From positions 19,477 through 83,476 of IMG/VR virus record IMGVR_UViG_3300021256_000087: DNA of 64,000 bases. One strand, given 5' to 3'. Each line of letters begins with the position of its first letter. Within the stretch, counting starts at the first letter, position 1. This DNA comes from a virus (taxonomy: Duplodnaviria; Caudoviricetes). The translations under genes were made by a program, and so were the position numbers. The notes beneath the pieces are model-generated. The model worked only from the letters and a program-made list of their open reading frames with translations, was not told the DNA's origin and did no database searches. This document shows positions 62,228 through 64,000 of the stretch, in pieces.

Positions 62228-62844
62228 TGCCCCCTATATCTAAATAATGGTTCCGCCGCGCAGTCGTTATATCCCTGATTACAGAAGAAGACGGCTCCCT
62301 TCGATCCATCCCAGCCAGATGCTACCAGCAGAAGAGCAAGCTCGCACTCCTCGTCCCAGCCTCCCATACCGGCAGTATAAAACTGATTGGGCGCATATAT
62401 GATGCTGCGCACGCTTGCATTGTTAATCTCGCATCTATTGAGTACACATCTCATAACAATCATCTTGCCAATCACGCCCTGATTGCCGGCCTCGGCCATC
62501 GCAATCTGCATCAGCAGCTCCTCATCCTCGGGCGTCAGCTCCAGTACATCACGGCAGAAGAGTGCCATAGGATCTTCGAGCACATACTGAAGGTACTCAA
62601 TTTCACCGACCAGCGCCTCATTCTCGTCGCGAACCGCCGCCAAATCCGTCTCAATTTCGGACTTTTGGATAGATAATATTTCTATCTCATTTTGCAACTC
62701 GGCAATCTCGACATCCTGCTCGGCAATAATAAGTTGCTGTTGCATAATCTGTTCCTGATCAAGAGCGTACCGTGTTGATATCAGTGCCGTACCGCCCACC
62801 GCGAACAGTAGTACGATCAACGAAGTGATTACTTCTTTATTCAC
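62212..62844 (-). CDS. SleB-type (Hydrolase_2) cell wall hydrolase with N-terminal TM anchor and coiled coil
   Basis: LLMQIAMAEAGNQ...CVLNR...IIYAPNQF...RYRGHWFSK. Confidence 0.85.
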   Translation of the reverse strand: MNKEVITSLIVLLFAVGGTALISTRYALDQEQIMQQQLIIAEQDVEIAELQNEIEILSIQKSEIETDLAAVRDENEALVGEIEYLQYVLEDPMALFCRDVLELTPEDEELLMQIAMAEAGNQGVIGKMIVMRCVLNRCEINNASVRSIIYAPNQFYTAGMGGWDEECELALLLVASGWDGSKGAVFFCNQGYNDCAAEPLFRYRGHWFSK

Positions 62845-63016
62845 TGGCCTTCACCTCCGCCCTGAGTTCCTCGATCTGCTGCTCGTAGTTGTGCATGCGC
62901 TCGTCCAGCTTACCGGAATTATATCCTGCCCACCACGACAGTGATACAATAATAATTATAAGTATAGCAATGCAGTTACGCTCAATCCACTGTTTAATTC
63001 TGTCAAGTACTTTCAT
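62837..63016 (-). CDS. small membrane protein (59 aa, not in ORF track)
   Basis: GGAGG RBS; MKVLDRIKQWIERNCIAILIIIIVSLSWWAGYNSG...coiled coil. Confidence 0.7.
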   Translation of the reverse strand: MKVLDRIKQWIERNCIAILIIIIVSLSWWAGYNSGKLDERMHNYEQQIEELRAEVKASE

Positions 63017-63064
63017 GACATTCCTCCAATTTTAAATTAAGCGGGCACTCCACCCACCACGTAT

Positions 63065-63093
63065 ATAATAGCATGTTTATGTTATTGTGTCAA
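63065..63093 (-). promoter_or_regulatory. SigA-type promoter
   Basis: TTGACA-17 nt-TATTAT with TG extended -10. Confidence 0.8.
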
Positions 63094-63677
63094 GTGGGCT
63101 GATTCAAATAATAATAACTAGGCATATCTTTACGGCGGGCAATACTAATAACGCCTAGATTTTTTAATATGCTATTGTATTTCGTCAAAGATAATTCATT
63201 CATGTCAAGTTTACCAGCGAAATACTGTCGGCTAAAAGAGCACATATTATCCTTCTTCATATGTTCTGCCAACATCAGATAGTAGCGGAGTGCTCCTTGC
63301 CAGCTCTGGCCGCTCTGCATTATCTTTTTTAAGTCTTCATATACCAATAATTTCCCGCCATGAGGGAGCTGACTGAGTTCATTGTGAAAAGACCTTTGGC
63401 AATCCACAATATAAAATCCACACCCAATTTCTTCGGCCACCACATGACCTTCCTCAATGAGAAACTCCATAGCCTCGCGCACATCCTCGCGTTGCCTTTG
63501 AGTGGGCAACTTATCCATCATATTGAAGTAGATAGATTTGTCACATAATACTATCTGGTCTCGGTATATTGTTCCCAGATCCATTGCGGATAAAAACACC
63601 CCGAACTGCATGCCGGTTAGAGGCAGCGACATGAAGTCGCGATCAATAATTAATTTGCTCATAAACCTCCTATTCAA
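63090..63677 (-). CDS. putative winged-helix DNA-binding / replication-initiator-like protein
   Basis: C-terminal FSRQYFAGKLDMNELSLTKYNSILKNLGVI HTH-like segment; next to an AT-rich IR region. Confidence 0.45.
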   Translation of the reverse strand: MNRRFMSKLIIDRDFMSLPLTGMQFGVFLSAMDLGTIYRDQIVLCDKSIYFNMMDKLPTQRQREDVREAMEFLIEEGHVVAEEIGCGFYIVDCQRSFHNELSQLPHGGKLLVYEDLKKIMQSGQSWQGALRYYLMLAEHMKKDNMCSFSRQYFAGKLDMNELSLTKYNSILKNLGVISIARRKDMPSYYYLNQPT

Positions 63678-63702
63678 TAACTAGAAGTATAGTGACAAGT
63701 AT

Positions 63703-63731
63703 AAAATACCACCTAGATGTTATAAAGTCAA
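63703..63731 (-). promoter_or_regulatory. SigA-type promoter
   Basis: TTGACT-17 nt-TATTTT with TG upstream; AGGAGG RBS downstream. Confidence 0.6.
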
Positions 63732-63739
63732 GTAGATTT

Positions 63740-64000
63740 TGAGTATCAATGCTATACATTACTATATTCTACAATATTTAATGATATTAATATAATATAT
63801 AATATAGTATTAGTTATATTATTTAGTTGTAGTATATAGTACAGTATATAAATATGTTATTAAAATAATACATATTACTATATACTACATTTTAATTATT
63901 AGAGTACTGAACGTAGTGAAGTACTCTAAGTATTCTCTTTCTTTGGTACTTTCTTTCTCTTGCTCACCCCCCCCCATCAATGTACCCCCTCCCCTATACA
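63740..64000. other. AT-rich non-coding region with inverted repeats, possible replication origin or regulatory hub
   Basis: 14-bp IR 63828-63841/63876-63889; 10-bp IR 63899-63908/63920-63929; pyrimidine and poly-C tracts. Confidence 0.4.

Noticed and set aside
1-64000. CRISPR array, rRNA, canonical tRNAs, IS elements, inteins in terminase/portal/capsid
   Set aside because: No repeat-spacer periodicity, cloverleaf or transposase motifs seen; packaging and head proteins have normal lengths.

Overview
64 kb segment of a large, low-GC siphovirus or prophage with an SPbeta-like layout, probably infecting a Firmicute (Clostridia-type RBSs and SigA promoters; host is inference). All credible genes are on the minus strand. 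Reading along that strand: early/regulatory genes (wHTH protein, membrane-anchored SleB-type hydrolase, Rnl2-type RNA ligase); a YonO-like single-subunit RNA polymerase; ClpP; a metallophosphoesterase; a structured ~500 nt intergenic region; terminase; a ~12 kb block of fibre, CotH and spore-coat-like genes; portal, scaffold/protease and capsid; head-tail and tail genes with RuvC; a ~5,000 aa tape measure protein; Dit and Tal; and two tandem BspA/DUF285-type repeat proteins, the last running off the left edge. Main observations not explained by the ORF track: (1) an HNH-carrying group I intron that splits the RNA polymerase exactly at its catalytic NGSDQDSD motif; (2) a second, ORF-less group I intron hidden in a Gly-rich accessory gene; (3) two JAB/MPN metalloprotease-like domains plus another inserted domain in the giant tape measure protein; (4) a 65-68 nt D-armless, G3-U70 tRNA/tmRNA-like RNA next to a tandem pair of covarying AUUAG-loop hairpins. 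No integrase, lysis cassette, CRISPR array or reverse transcriptase was seen. Family calls come from motif recognition by eye, not database searches.
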